A DNA stretch of 64,000 bases from Candidatus Fimenecus sp. (GTDB taxonomy: Bacteria > Bacillota > Clostridia > Oscillospirales > Acutalibacteraceae). Positions 55,130-64,000 of this stretch are shown piece by piece. Location: positions 2,384 to 66,383 of the forward strand of contig JAZSBY010000014.1 of the NCBI GenBank assembly GCA_045602655.1, given 5' to 3'. Each line of letters begins with the position of its first letter. The first letter of the stretch is position 1. A program made the translations under genes and the position numbers. The notes under the pieces are model-generated. The model had not been told where the DNA came from, made no database searches, and saw nothing but the letters and a program-made list of their open reading frames with translations.

Positions 55130-56673
55130 ATTAAATCGTACCTTCCACTTTCCACAAGATTTTTAAGTGTTTTTTTGCCGGATTTTATGTCTTCCAAATC
55201 TGCTTTGTACTGTTTTGTATCCTGAACAGTCTGCATAAGATTTTCTTCCATAGCCTCAAAGTTTTCGTTATCCCCTGCCTGAAGTGATACAAGAGCAGCA
55301 ATTTCCCAAGCCTGAGGATACTGCATAATCATAGTGCTGTATGCATCTACATAGGTTTCTGCCAACGCATAACAACAGTCGTTGATTTCGTCAACTGCTT
55401 CATCATATTTGTCCATCATAATAAGGTTAAGTCCCTTTTGCATTGTGAGAACAGGACTGTAACGCATAATGAAAGCTTCAACCCCTGAACTTTCCTCCAA
55501 CGCCTTTAAACCTTCGTCAGCATACTGGATTGCCTTGTTATAATCCTTATCACGATAACGGGAAACCATTGACATTATAAGGTAATAGTCGGTTGCTTCC
55601 TTATTGATTGCCTTAAGGTCCTTTGCAAGGGTCTCTGCCTTTGCATATTCGCCTAATTCAACATAGGTACCTGCCAACATATAACCTGCAAGGCTCTTCA
55701 TAAATTCAGAAGATTCAACTGCTTTTTCCATATCGTCAACATAGTATTTTGCATCCTTTTCAAGAAGAATGGATGCTTGATATTTAGCGATATAAACCCA
55801 ACCAGAATCAACTGTATAAACTGTTTCTGTTCCATCAGGAGTAAAGCTCTCGTCGGTTTCGTCCTTGTAAACGTTATCCTTGACATAGATTTTCTTGCCG
55901 ATAAGCTTATCAAGTTCCTTAAGTGTTTCTTCATAATTCTTTTCGGTAAGCATATTCAGGTCAACATGCTGACCGATAATAACACTTGTTGCTTCCATAC
56001 TCTCAATATCTTCAGTAATGTTTCTTGTATTGTTGAAAAGCGGAAGTTTAAGGTCTTTGTCAGTGAGATATGTTGAGATTTCACTGTTTACTGCTTCAAT
56101 GTTACCAAGGTCAAAATACAACTTAATTCTCTTTTCGTGGAGGTTGTAGAAAACATCTGTTGTTTCTTTGTTTGAAACAAATTCCAATGCATTCTCATAC
56201 TCAATAAGGGCTGTAAAAATTCTATCTTCCTTTGCTGCCTTATCTGCTTTTTTCATAACAGAGAAAATTGGCATATTGATTGCAAAACAGAACATAGCAC
56301 CAATTACAACACAAGCGACTACAAGCACTGCAATAATTCCTCTGTAATCATAGGGACACTTTTCTAAAAGATTTTCGCATTCCTGACAGTATGGGCTATT
56401 AGGGTTTTTCTCTGTCCCCTTTGGTTTTTCACCACAGTATTCACAAAGTTCTTCCTGAGGTTTATCCTTTGTTTCTTCCTTGGAAACAGTTTGCGGATTA
56501 TATCCCTCAACCTCTAACTCTGCAATAGCAAGGTCTTCCTCTGCCTCTTTTTTTGTCTTGTCAAGTTCTTCCTTGAAAATTCTTGCAAGGTCTTCCATTT
56601 CCTGCTGAATATCGTTTTCAGGCTCGGGAGAGGTGTTTTCCTCATTGTTAAGCTTTTCTTTATTCTCGTCCAA
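55126..56673 (-). CDS. Acidic N-terminus, zinc ribbon, TM helix and TPR-like helical-repeat protein
   Basis: CEYCGEKPKG...YCQEC, then one TM helix, then about 370 aa of helical repeats. TTG start 7 nt after RBS aaaggagg. Confidence 0.55.
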   Translation of the reverse strand: MDENKEKLNNEENTSPEPENDIQQEMEDLARIFKEELDKTKKEAEEDLAIAELEVEGYNPQTVSKEETKDKPQEELCEYCGEKPKGTEKNPNSPYCQECENLLEKCPYDYRGIIAVLVVACVVIGAMFCFAINMPIFSVMKKADKAAKEDRIFTALIEYENALEFVSNKETTDVFYNLHEKRIKLYFDLGNIEAVNSEISTYLTDKDLKLPLFNNTRNITEDIESMEATSVIIGQHVDLNMLTEKNYEETLKELDKLIGKKIYVKDNVYKDETDESFTPDGTETVYTVDSGWVYIAKYQASILLEKDAKYYVDDMEKAVESSEFMKSLAGYMLAGTYVELGEYAKAETLAKDLKAINKEATDYYLIMSMVSRYRDKDYNKAIQYADEGLKALEESSGVEAFIMRYSPVLTMQKGLNLIMMDKYDEAVDEINDCCYALAETYVDAYSTMIMQYPQAWEIAALVSLQAGDNENFEAMEENLMQTVQDTKQYKADLEDIKSGKKTLKNLVESGRYDLI

Positions 56674-56706
56674 GGTTATTCCTCCTTTGGATTATTTATA
56701 AAATAA

Positions 56707-59436
56707 TCAGTTTTCGTTTGCACCACAGCATTTTTTATACTTTTTACCGCTACCACAAGGGCAAGGGTCATTTCTACCTACTTTTTGTCCTTTTTTAACC
56801 GGTTGTTTCTTCTCGCTACCGTCAGATGCACCATTTGTTGCTGTGATTTTTGCAGTCTGCTCACGCTTAATATCTTCTTCACTTCTCAAACGGAACAAGG
56901 TAAGCGTTGTAACTGTACCCTCACGGATAAGTGATGTCATTTCATCAAACATATCAAAGCTTTCCATACGGAATGCAACAACAGGGTCTTGCTGTGCATA
57001 GGAGCGAAGATAAATTCCTCGTTTTAATTCCTCCATAGCATCAAGGTGGTCCATCCAACGCTGGTCAACATTACGCAAAAGAACTTTTCTTTCGAGCTCC
57101 GACATAATTGCCTCGCCATATTCCTGCGTCTTTGCATTATAAATGTCCATAGCCTTATTGTAGAAATAGTCTTTATATTCCTTGTTTGAGTTGAATCTGT
57201 TTTCGATTCCGTCCTCTGCAAGGTATTGAAGCTTCTTAACAAGACCTGTTCTGTTCCATTCGTCCGGTGACTGTGATTCGGGACAGTAGAAATCAACCAT
57301 TTCCTCAAAGTATCCGTCAAACATTTTAAGGATTGCACCGTGAATGTCAAAACCATCAAGAACCTGATTTCTCTGCTCGTAAATCTTCTTTCTCTGCTCA
57401 TTCATAACATCGTCAAATTTAAGAACATTGCGACGGGCAGCAAAATGGTTACCTTCAACCTTCTTCTGTGCATTTTCAATTGTACTTGAGAAAATCTTTG
57501 CCTCAATAGGAAGGTCTGCAGCACTTGGGAAGGCATCAATGATATTATAGAAACGGTCACCTGCGAAAAGTCGGAGTAATTCGTCTTCCGCTGAAAGATA
57601 GAATTTACTGCGACCCGGGTCACCCTGACGACCCGCACGACCACGAAGCTGATTATCAATTCGGCGTGATTCGTGTCGTTCCGTACCGATTATGAACAAA
57701 CCGCCTGCCTCACGGACTTTATCTGCCTCATCCTTTAACTGCTCTTTATATTTCTTTTCAAGCTCACGATAAGTGTTTCTCGCCTCAATAATATCCGTGT
57801 TGTCTGTTTCCGCAAAGCCTGTTGCCTCAGCAATAAGCTCTTCGGAGAATTCAAGTCTTCTCATTTCAGCCTTTGCCATATATTCAGGGTTACCGCCAAG
57901 AATAATGTCAGTACCACGACCTGCCATATTTGTAGCAATTGTAACTGCTCCCAAAGAACCTGCCTGTGCGATGATTTCAGCTTCCTTATCGTGGTACTTA
58001 GCATTGAGGACATTGTGCTTAATGCCACATTTTTTAAGTGCCTTACTTAAAAGCTCACTCTTTTCAATATTTGTTGTACCCACAAGCACCGGCTGACCAA
58101 TCTTATTACACTCAAGAATCTGTTCAATAATAGCCTTGAATTTAATTGCTTCTGTTTTATAAAGGACATCTTCCTCGTCCTTACGAATCATCGGCTTATT
58201 GGTTGGAATCTCAATAACATCAAGATTATAGATTTCCTGGAATTCTGCACTTTCGGTCATCGCAGTACCTGTCATACCTGAAAGTTTTGTGTACTGACGG
58301 AAGTAGTTCTGGAAGGTGATTGTAGCAAGAGTTTTTGACTCTCTTTCAACCTTAACATTTTCCTTTGCTTCAATAGCCTGATGAAGACCGTCAGAATAAC
58401 GACGACCCATCATAATACGACCTGTGAATTCGTCAACGATAAGCACCTGACCATCTTTTACAACATAGTCAACATCACGCTTCATAACACCGATTGCTTT
58501 AATTGCAAGGTCAAGGTGATGTTGAAGAGTAAGGTTTTCTACATCGGCAAGGTTTTCTACGCCAAATGCTTTCTCAGCCTTTTTAATACCACTTTGTGTA
58601 AGAGAAGCTGTTTTTCCCTTTTCGTCAACAACAAAATCGTACTCATCAGGAACGGTATTCTCAATCCCCTGTTTTGAGTCGATTTCCTTGACAACATACA
58701 TTTTAAGGCGTTTTGCAAAGTCATTGGCAACCTTGTAAAGTTCGTTAGACTTGTCCCCCATACCTGAAATAATAAGAGGAGTTCTCGCCTCGTCAATAAG
58801 AATTGAGTCAACCTCATCGACAATTGCAAAGTTATGACCACGCTGAACCCTTTGTTCTGCATAGATAACCATATTGTCACGAAGATAGTCAAATCCCATT
58901 TCGTTATTTGTACCATAAGTGATGTCACAAGCATAAGCCTCTCGTCTTTGCTCACCATCAAGGTCGTGAACAATAAGACCTACTGAAAGTCCCATAAAGC
59001 GATACAACTTACCCATCCATTCAGAGTCACGACGAGCAAGGTAGTCATTGACAGTAACAACATGAACACCCTTACCTGAAAGAGCATTAAGATATGCAGG
59101 AAGCGTTGCTACAAGGGTTTTACCTTCACCTGTTCTCATTTCGGCAATTCGTCCTTGGTGAAGAACAATACCACCGATAATCTGCACAGGGAAATGACGC
59201 ATATTGAGTACACGGGCAGAAGCCTCACGACAAGCAGCAAATGCCTCGGGCAAAATGTCGTCAAGGGTTTCGCCGTTTTTAAGCCTTTCTTTAAATTCGG
59301 GGGTTTTAGCCTGAAGCTGGGCATCTGTAAGTGCCTTATACTCCCCTTCTAACGCTAAAACCTGTTTTTGTATCGGGATAACTCTTTTAATTTCTCGTGA
59401 AGAATAATCGCCGAACAACTTTTTAAATAATCCCAT
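56707..59436 (-). CDS. secA: Preprotein translocase ATPase SecA
   Basis: [10 protein letters not shown] Walker A, the [19 protein letters not shown] motif, and the C-terminal zinc motif [14 protein letters not shown]. Confidence 0.95.
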   Translation of the reverse strand: MGLFKKLFGDYSSREIKRVIPIQKQVLALEGEYKALTDAQLQAKTPEFKERLKNGETLDDILPEAFAACREASARVLNMRHFPVQIIGGIVLHQGRIAEMRTGEGKTLVATLPAYLNALSGKGVHVVTVNDYLARRDSEWMGKLYRFMGLSVGLIVHDLDGEQRREAYACDITYGTNNEMGFDYLRDNMVIYAEQRVQRGHNFAIVDEVDSILIDEARTPLIISGMGDKSNELYKVANDFAKRLKMYVVKEIDSKQGIENTVPDEYDFVVDEKGKTASLTQSGIKKAEKAFGVENLADVENLTLQHHLDLAIKAIGVMKRDVDYVVKDGQVLIVDEFTGRIMMGRRYSDGLHQAIEAKENVKVERESKTLATITFQNYFRQYTKLSGMTGTAMTESAEFQEIYNLDVIEIPTNKPMIRKDEEDVLYKTEAIKFKAIIEQILECNKIGQPVLVGTTNIEKSELLSKALKKCGIKHNVLNAKYHDKEAEIIAQAGSLGAVTIATNMAGRGTDIILGGNPEYMAKAEMRRLEFSEELIAEATGFAETDNTDIIEARNTYRELEKKYKEQLKDEADKVREAGGLFIIGTERHESRRIDNQLRGRAGRQGDPGRSKFYLSAEDELLRLFAGDRFYNIIDAFPSAADLPIEAKIFSSTIENAQKKVEGNHFAARRNVLKFDDVMNEQRKKIYEQRNQVLDGFDIHGAILKMFDGYFEEMVDFYCPESQSPDEWNRTGLVKKLQYLAEDGIENRFNSNKEYKDYFYNKAMDIYNAKTQEYGEAIMSELERKVLLRNVDQRWMDHLDAMEELKRGIYLRSYAQQDPVVAFRMESFDMFDEMTSLIREGTVTTLTLFRLRSEEDIKREQTAKITATNGASDGSEKKQPVKKGQKVGRNDPCPCGSGKKYKKCCGANEN

Positions 59437-59679
59437 TTTTATATCTATCCTTTCGGTTTTTTGTCACTTTACCGGGAATTCTGAGCCTTTTTATAACTGC
59501 TCAAACTAACCCATTCTATTTTTAATGACATTATAACATATAACTTCAAAAAAATCATTAACTTTTTGTGAAAATTTTAGGTATTTTCCTTGATTTACAC
59601 GACAATTTTTGATATTCTTAATATGTATATAAATTTCTTAATTTAGTTATACTGAAAAATGATTAAGGAGGCGTTCAAA

Positions 59680-60444
59680 ATGACTGACGCAAGAACATTA
59701 GCGTACATAAATATGTATGCTGTTCTCGGCACATTGGAAAACCTTTGCGAACTTGATGACAAAGCAAAAGAGATTCTTTCAAAACTTGAAAATCCTGTTT
59801 CTTTGGCATTTGATGTAAAGGACGGTCCAAGTGCAACACTTAACTTCTCTAAAAACGGCTGCCGTATGGAGGATGGCGTCAACAGCAAGTGCGATATTAA
59901 AATTCCGGTATCATCTTGCGACAAATTCAACAAGATTATTGATGGTGTGGTAACACCAATACCTACAAAGGGTCTTACAAAGATTAATTTCCTTTTAAAG
60001 ACTTTCACTGCTCTTACAGACAGACTCACAGAAGTTATGCGTCCATCTGCTGAGGCACTCAAGGACCCTGATTTCTTCCGCCTTAACACACTTTGCACTT
60101 TCTACACAGTTTCTGTTGCAATCTCACAGATTGGTAATCAGGATGCTATCGGTAAATTCAGTGCTTCAAACATTGTTGACGGTGATATTCAGATTGGCAT
60201 TAAGGACACTGTTTATTCAACTATCCGTGTTAAGAATAACCACCTTATCACAATCAAGCAGGAATCCCCAAAACCTCGTGCAATTATGGAATTCTGTGAT
60301 ATCCCACTTGCAAACGCTCTTTTCGCAGGTACAGTTAACTCAATCGACCACGTTGGTAACGGTAATATCACTATCCGTGGACTTATTTCAATGGTTGACA
60401 ATGTAAACCGTATCCTTGACAGAGTTGCATTGTATCTTGCATAA
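59680..60444 (+). CDS. SCP2-like (sterol-carrier fold) protein, tentative
   Basis: The C-terminal segment AIMEFCDIPLANALFAGTVNSIDHVGNGNITIRGLISMVDNVNRIL resembles SCP2 domains, and an N-terminal half looks similar. Start at 59680 follows RBS aaggagg. Confidence 0.4.
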   Translation: MTDARTLAYINMYAVLGTLENLCELDDKAKEILSKLENPVSLAFDVKDGPSATLNFSKNGCRMEDGVNSKCDIKIPVSSCDKFNKIIDGVVTPIPTKGLTKINFLLKTFTALTDRLTEVMRPSAEALKDPDFFRLNTLCTFYTVSVAISQIGNQDAIGKFSASNIVDGDIQIGIKDTVYSTIRVKNNHLITIKQESPKPRAIMEFCDIPLANALFAGTVNSIDHVGNGNITIRGLISMVDNVNRILDRVALYLA

Positions 60445-60457
60445 GGAGGACGAAAAA

Positions 60458-61723
60458 ATGAGTAAATTTCCATTATACGATACTACAAAAAGCCGTGAGA
60501 TGTTTAACCGTGCTACAAAAGTTATTCCATCAGGTATTTACGGTCACTTAGGCCCTGCTGAAGGTCAGTGGATTCCTGTTAACAGATGGCCTTCTTTCTC
60601 AGAAAAAGCACAGGGTTCTTACTTCTGGGATGTTGACGGTAACAGATATATCGACTATATGTGTGCTTACGGTCCTAATGTTTTAGGCTACAACGACCCT
60701 GATGTTGACGCTGCAGCACTTAAGCAGTTAAAGCTCGGCAACTGTACAACTGCTCCCGCAAAGATTATGGTTGAATGTGCTGAAACACTTGTTGACACAG
60801 TTGCATCTGCTGACTGGGCATTCTTCTGCAAGAATGGTTCAGACACAACAACTCTTGCAACAATGGCAGCAAGAGCTCATACACATAAAAAGAAGATTAT
60901 CTTCTTGAAATACTACTACCACGGAGATTTCCCATGGGCACAGAAAATTGACTATCCGGGTATCACTCCTGAAGATGTTGCTAACAACATTATCTGTCCT
61001 TGGTTTGACCTTGATGCTCTCCAGAAGGCTTATGACGACAACAACGGTGATATTGCAGGTCTTATTGCACAGCCTTATGACCACGGTAACTTCAAAGATA
61101 ACGAAGTTGCTTCTAAAGAATACTGGCAATCAGTTCGCAAATGGTGTGACGACCACGGCGTAGTTCTTATTATTGACGATGTTCGTGCTGGTTTCCGTCT
61201 TGACCTTGCAGGTTCTGACCATTACTATGGTTTTAAAGCAGACCTTATCTGTTTCTGTAAAGCCCTTGCAAACGGCTACAATATGTCAGCTCTTTGTGGT
61301 GGCGAACACATGAAGGCTACTGTTTCAGGTATCACATACACAGGTTCATACTGGTTGAGTGGTGTTCCATTCGCAGCTTGTGTTGCTTGTATCAATAAGA
61401 TGAAAGCTCTTGACACACCAACAATGTTCCGCCGTCTTGGCACAATGGTTACAGAGGGCTTCAAAAAAGCAGGTGCAGAGCACGGCTTTGACCTTAGAGT
61501 TTCAGGTGAACCGGCACTCTTCTATTTAAGAATCGCTAACGATGACAACCTTATGCTTCATCAGGAATGGGTTGCAGAATGTGTTAACCGTGGATTGTTT
61601 ATTACATCTCACCACAACCATTTCATCAACGCATCTCTTACAGAGGACGACATTAAGTTATCTATTGATATTGCTGAAGATGCATTTGCAGCAGTTGCAA
61701 AAAATCACCCGGAAATTAAATAA
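60458..61723 (+). CDS. Class-III (GSA-aminomutase-like) PLP aminotransferase
   Basis: KVIPSGIYGH N-terminus, IIDDVRAGFR, and the PLP-lysine context DLICFCKALANG. Confidence 0.8.
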   Translation: MSKFPLYDTTKSREMFNRATKVIPSGIYGHLGPAEGQWIPVNRWPSFSEKAQGSYFWDVDGNRYIDYMCAYGPNVLGYNDPDVDAAALKQLKLGNCTTAPAKIMVECAETLVDTVASADWAFFCKNGSDTTTLATMAARAHTHKKKIIFLKYYYHGDFPWAQKIDYPGITPEDVANNIICPWFDLDALQKAYDDNNGDIAGLIAQPYDHGNFKDNEVASKEYWQSVRKWCDDHGVVLIIDDVRAGFRLDLAGSDHYYGFKADLICFCKALANGYNMSALCGGEHMKATVSGITYTGSYWLSGVPFAACVACINKMKALDTPTMFRRLGTMVTEGFKKAGAEHGFDLRVSGEPALFYLRIANDDNLMLHQEWVAECVNRGLFITSHHNHFINASLTEDDIKLSIDIAEDAFAAVAKNHPEIK

Positions 61724-61731
61724 CAAATCAT

Positions 61732-61751
61732 AGTGAAGTGGGGACTTCACT
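61732..61751 (+). other. Intercistronic hairpin
   Basis: agtgaagt-gggg-acttcact between the aminotransferase and transketolase genes. The downstream T-run is interrupted, so it is not a clear terminator. Confidence 0.35.
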
Positions 61752-61780
61752 TTAAATAAATTTTTCTTGGAGGGAAAATT

Positions 61781-62662
61781 ATGGCTAATTTATCAAAAGC
61801 AGAATGGCTCCAACTCGAAAAGAAAGCCCTTGAACTCCGTAAACTCTGCGTTCAGACAACAGTTTGGGCAGGTAGCGGACACTTCGGCGGCGGTATGAGT
61901 GTTATGGACCTTCTCACAGTTCTTTATCACAAATATCTCAACATTAAGGTTGATGACCCAAAATGGGACGACCGAGACAGATTTATTCTTTCAAAAGGTC
62001 ACGCAGCAGTTGCTTATGCTCCTGTACTTTGTGACAAAGGCTTTAACCCGGTTGAAATGCTTAAAACATTCAACCTTTCAGGTTCAAAGATGGGTATGCA
62101 CCTTGACTCAAACAAAGTTGTAGGCGTTGATGCTTCAACGGGCTCACTTGGTCACGGCCCATCAATCGCAGCAGGTACAGCACTTGCAGCAAGACTTCAG
62201 AACAAAGATTTCCTTACTTATGTTGTTACCGGTGACGGTGAACTTGGTGAGGGTTCATGTTGGGAAGGCTTTATGACAATGAATCACTACAACCTTTCTA
62301 ACTGTATCGTATTTATCGACCGTAACCACAATATGATTGACGGTAATACAGAAGACATCAAGAAGCTTGAACCACTTGCTGACAAAATGACAGCATTCGG
62401 TTTCAACACAATTGTTGTTGATGGTAACAATATCGGTGAACTCTGTGACGCTATTGATGTTGCTATTGAGCGTTCAAAGACAGTTCAGAATCCTACATGC
62501 ATTCTTATGGACACAAAGAAGGGTGCAGGTATCAAGTCAATTGAAGGCGACTACACTTGGCACTACGGTGCTATTGACGATGCAATGTTTGAAAAGTTCA
62601 ATAACGAACTTGATGCAGACTATGCAGCAAGAGTTGCAAGAGCAGAAAAGGAGGGTAAATAA
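61781..62662 (+). CDS. Transketolase, N-terminal (ThDP-binding) subunit
   Basis: GSGHFGGGMS, SKGHAA and the GDGELGEGSCWE motifs. Confidence 0.9.
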   Translation: MANLSKAEWLQLEKKALELRKLCVQTTVWAGSGHFGGGMSVMDLLTVLYHKYLNIKVDDPKWDDRDRFILSKGHAAVAYAPVLCDKGFNPVEMLKTFNLSGSKMGMHLDSNKVVGVDASTGSLGHGPSIAAGTALAARLQNKDFLTYVVTGDGELGEGSCWEGFMTMNHYNLSNCIVFIDRNHNMIDGNTEDIKKLEPLADKMTAFGFNTIVVDGNNIGELCDAIDVAIERSKTVQNPTCILMDTKKGAGIKSIEGDYTWHYGAIDDAMFEKFNNELDADYAARVARAEKEGK

Positions 62663-62664
62663 TT

Positions 62665-63672
62665 ATGGCAGGCGGATTTGTTTATACAGCAGTTGACCAG
62701 ACTGCACTTTCTACAGCAGAAATTTACGGTAAGGCACTTGCCGACATTATTATGAAAGACCCAAAGGTTGTTGCTATTACAGCTGACCTCGCAAAATCAA
62801 CAAAACTCGGTGATGTTTTAAAGGTTTGCCCTGAAAGAGTTATCAATGTTGGTATCGCAGAACAGGATATGTTCGGTGTTGCAGCAGGTATGGCAAGAGC
62901 AGGTATGATTCCATTCCTTTCAGGTTTCTCTGCATTCACATCAATGCGTGCTTGTGACCAGCTTCACACAGACATCTGCTATCAGAATGTTAACGCAAAG
63001 ATTATTGCTACTCACTCAGGTACATCATTCGGTCAGGCAGGTTCAACACACCACGCTATTACTGACCTTGCAATTACCCGAGCAATGCCTAACCTTACAG
63101 TTATTGTTCCTGCTGATGGTTTTGAAACAGCAAATGCAGTTAACGCTGCTTATCATAACTTTGGTCCTTACTACATCCGTATCAACCGTGGTTTTGACCG
63201 TGTTCTTTATGAGAATATGGACTATGGTTTTGAAGTTGGTAAGGCTGTTGAAGTTCACGAAGGTACAGATATCACAGTTATCGCTTGTGGTTCCTGCGTT
63301 TTCCAGGCTCGTGAAGCTGCTAAATTCCTTAAGAATGCTGACGGACTCAGTGTTCGTGTTCTTAATATGCACACAATCAGCCCAATCGATGTTGAGGCTA
63401 TCCAGAAGGCTATTTCCGAAACAAGAAGAATCATCACAGTTGAAGACCATCTCGTAACAGGCGGTCTTGGTTCAGCAGTTGCTGAAGTTATGGCTCAGTA
63501 TGGTAAGGGTTGTGCATTCAAGATGCTCGGCCATAAGGGCTTTGCAATGATTGGTCTTCACGAAGACATTATGTCAGATGCAGGTATTGATGCTAACGGT
63601 ATCATCGCTGCAGTTCGTGAAACAATGAATGCAGACTTTGAAGAAGACGACAACTGGGATGATGAGGTATAA
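62665..63672 (+). CDS. Transketolase, C-terminal (pyrimidine-binding) subunit
   Basis: VGIAEQDMFGVAAGMA and THHA motifs. Begins 2 nt after the N-terminal subunit gene. Confidence 0.9.
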   Translation: MAGGFVYTAVDQTALSTAEIYGKALADIIMKDPKVVAITADLAKSTKLGDVLKVCPERVINVGIAEQDMFGVAAGMARAGMIPFLSGFSAFTSMRACDQLHTDICYQNVNAKIIATHSGTSFGQAGSTHHAITDLAITRAMPNLTVIVPADGFETANAVNAAYHNFGPYYIRINRGFDRVLYENMDYGFEVGKAVEVHEGTDITVIACGSCVFQAREAAKFLKNADGLSVRVLNMHTISPIDVEAIQKAISETRRIITVEDHLVTGGLGSAVAEVMAQYGKGCAFKMLGHKGFAMIGLHEDIMSDAGIDANGIIAAVRETMNADFEEDDNWDDEV

Positions 63673-63918
63673 AGGCAACCAGAGTCAAACTAAACACGCC
63701 GAAAATGTAGCTCTTTAGCGAATTTTCACTTTTTCACCCTTGACTTGCGTCAGCAAGCCTGCGGTCTCAAAAGCAAAAATTCATCTAAATTTCAAACATT
63801 TACGGTGCAAAGCAGTTTTTGGCAAATCATTTTGCTATACAACTGCCCTGTAACTATAATCCGTCAAAGAATGGCATCTTTGCCAAAAACCGTATTCGGT
63901 TTAACTCTGATTGCCTTT
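63671..63918. repeat. About 250-bp intergenic element bounded by 28-nt imperfect inverted repeats
   Basis: aaaggcaaccagagtcaaactaaacacg (63671-63698) against cgtattcggtttaactctgattgccttt (63891-63918), complementary at 23 of 28 positions. A nested inverted repeat gtttttggcaaa (63814-63825) / tttgccaaaaac (63879-63890). Confidence 0.5.
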
Positions 63919-64000
63919 CTTTGATAAAGAAAAGAGATGATTTTTTTAATGCATGCACAAAAAGAACTTTATGCATCTAAAATATTTTTCAATGCTGCAT

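Noticed and set aside
63937-64000. Possible 5' end of a + strand gene (MIFLMHAQKELYASKIFFNAA or a start at 63949)
   Set aside because: It is too short, the RBS is weak, and it runs off the window. It cannot be supported.
1-64000. CRISPR arrays, rRNA/tRNA genes, transposases and classical defence enzymes (nucleases, helicases, reverse transcriptases)
   Set aside because: By eye I found no regularly spaced repeats, tRNA cloverleaf candidates or such protein motifs in any of the supplied translations. This is not a formal search.

Overview
This is a 64-kb chromosomal segment from a moderately AT-rich, spore-forming, dockerin-encoding Firmicute. The class Clostridia, and a Ruminococcus/Oscillospiraceae-like organism, is my inference from spoIIE, spoVAC, two dockerin proteins and overall gene content, not a database result. 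I call about 57 protein genes and find no rRNA, tRNA, CRISPR array, transposase, integrase or recognisable defence enzyme.

Main blocks:
- comFC, two secreted proteins and nrdR.
- A four-gene operon: circularly permuted ATP-grasp, alpha-E, transglutaminase and a TIM-barrel protein.
- A small accessory islet with two XRE regulators and a zinc-ribbon/TM2 protein.
- A complete myo-inositol catabolic operon (iolJ-iolC-DUF218-iolB-iolD-iolE-iolA-iolG).
- A lipase with two membrane proteins.
- A Leu T-box leader followed by leuA-leuB.
- A hexuronate operon (uxuA, uxuB-like, kdgK, eda).
- An operon of rlmB, a degenerate P-type-ATPase-like protein, mgtC, a methyltransferase and rsmI.
- spoVAC without its usual partners, and a GPH transporter.
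- A three-gene module: SPFH/zinc-ribbon protein, membrane protein, zinc-ribbon/DUF6273-like protein.
- spoIIE, a MinD-like ATPase, mgsA, hisS and a frameshifted aspS.
- secA with two linked membrane proteins.
- An operon of an SCP2-like protein, a class-III aminotransferase and a split transketolase.

Most worth follow-up, all unproven from sequence alone:
1. A repeated 76-79-nt intercistronic element with a covarying closing stem inside the sugar-catabolic operons, plus two further families of GC-rich palindromic intergenic repeats.
2. A 904-aa P1B-ATPase homologue whose catalytic motifs all look degenerate, sitting next to mgtC.
3. The SPFH/zinc-ribbon membrane module under a consensus promoter.
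4. The ATP-grasp/alpha-E/transglutaminase operon.
5. The aminotransferase plus split-transketolase operon.

Functional calls come from reading the supplied translations for family motifs. No alignments or database searches were run.
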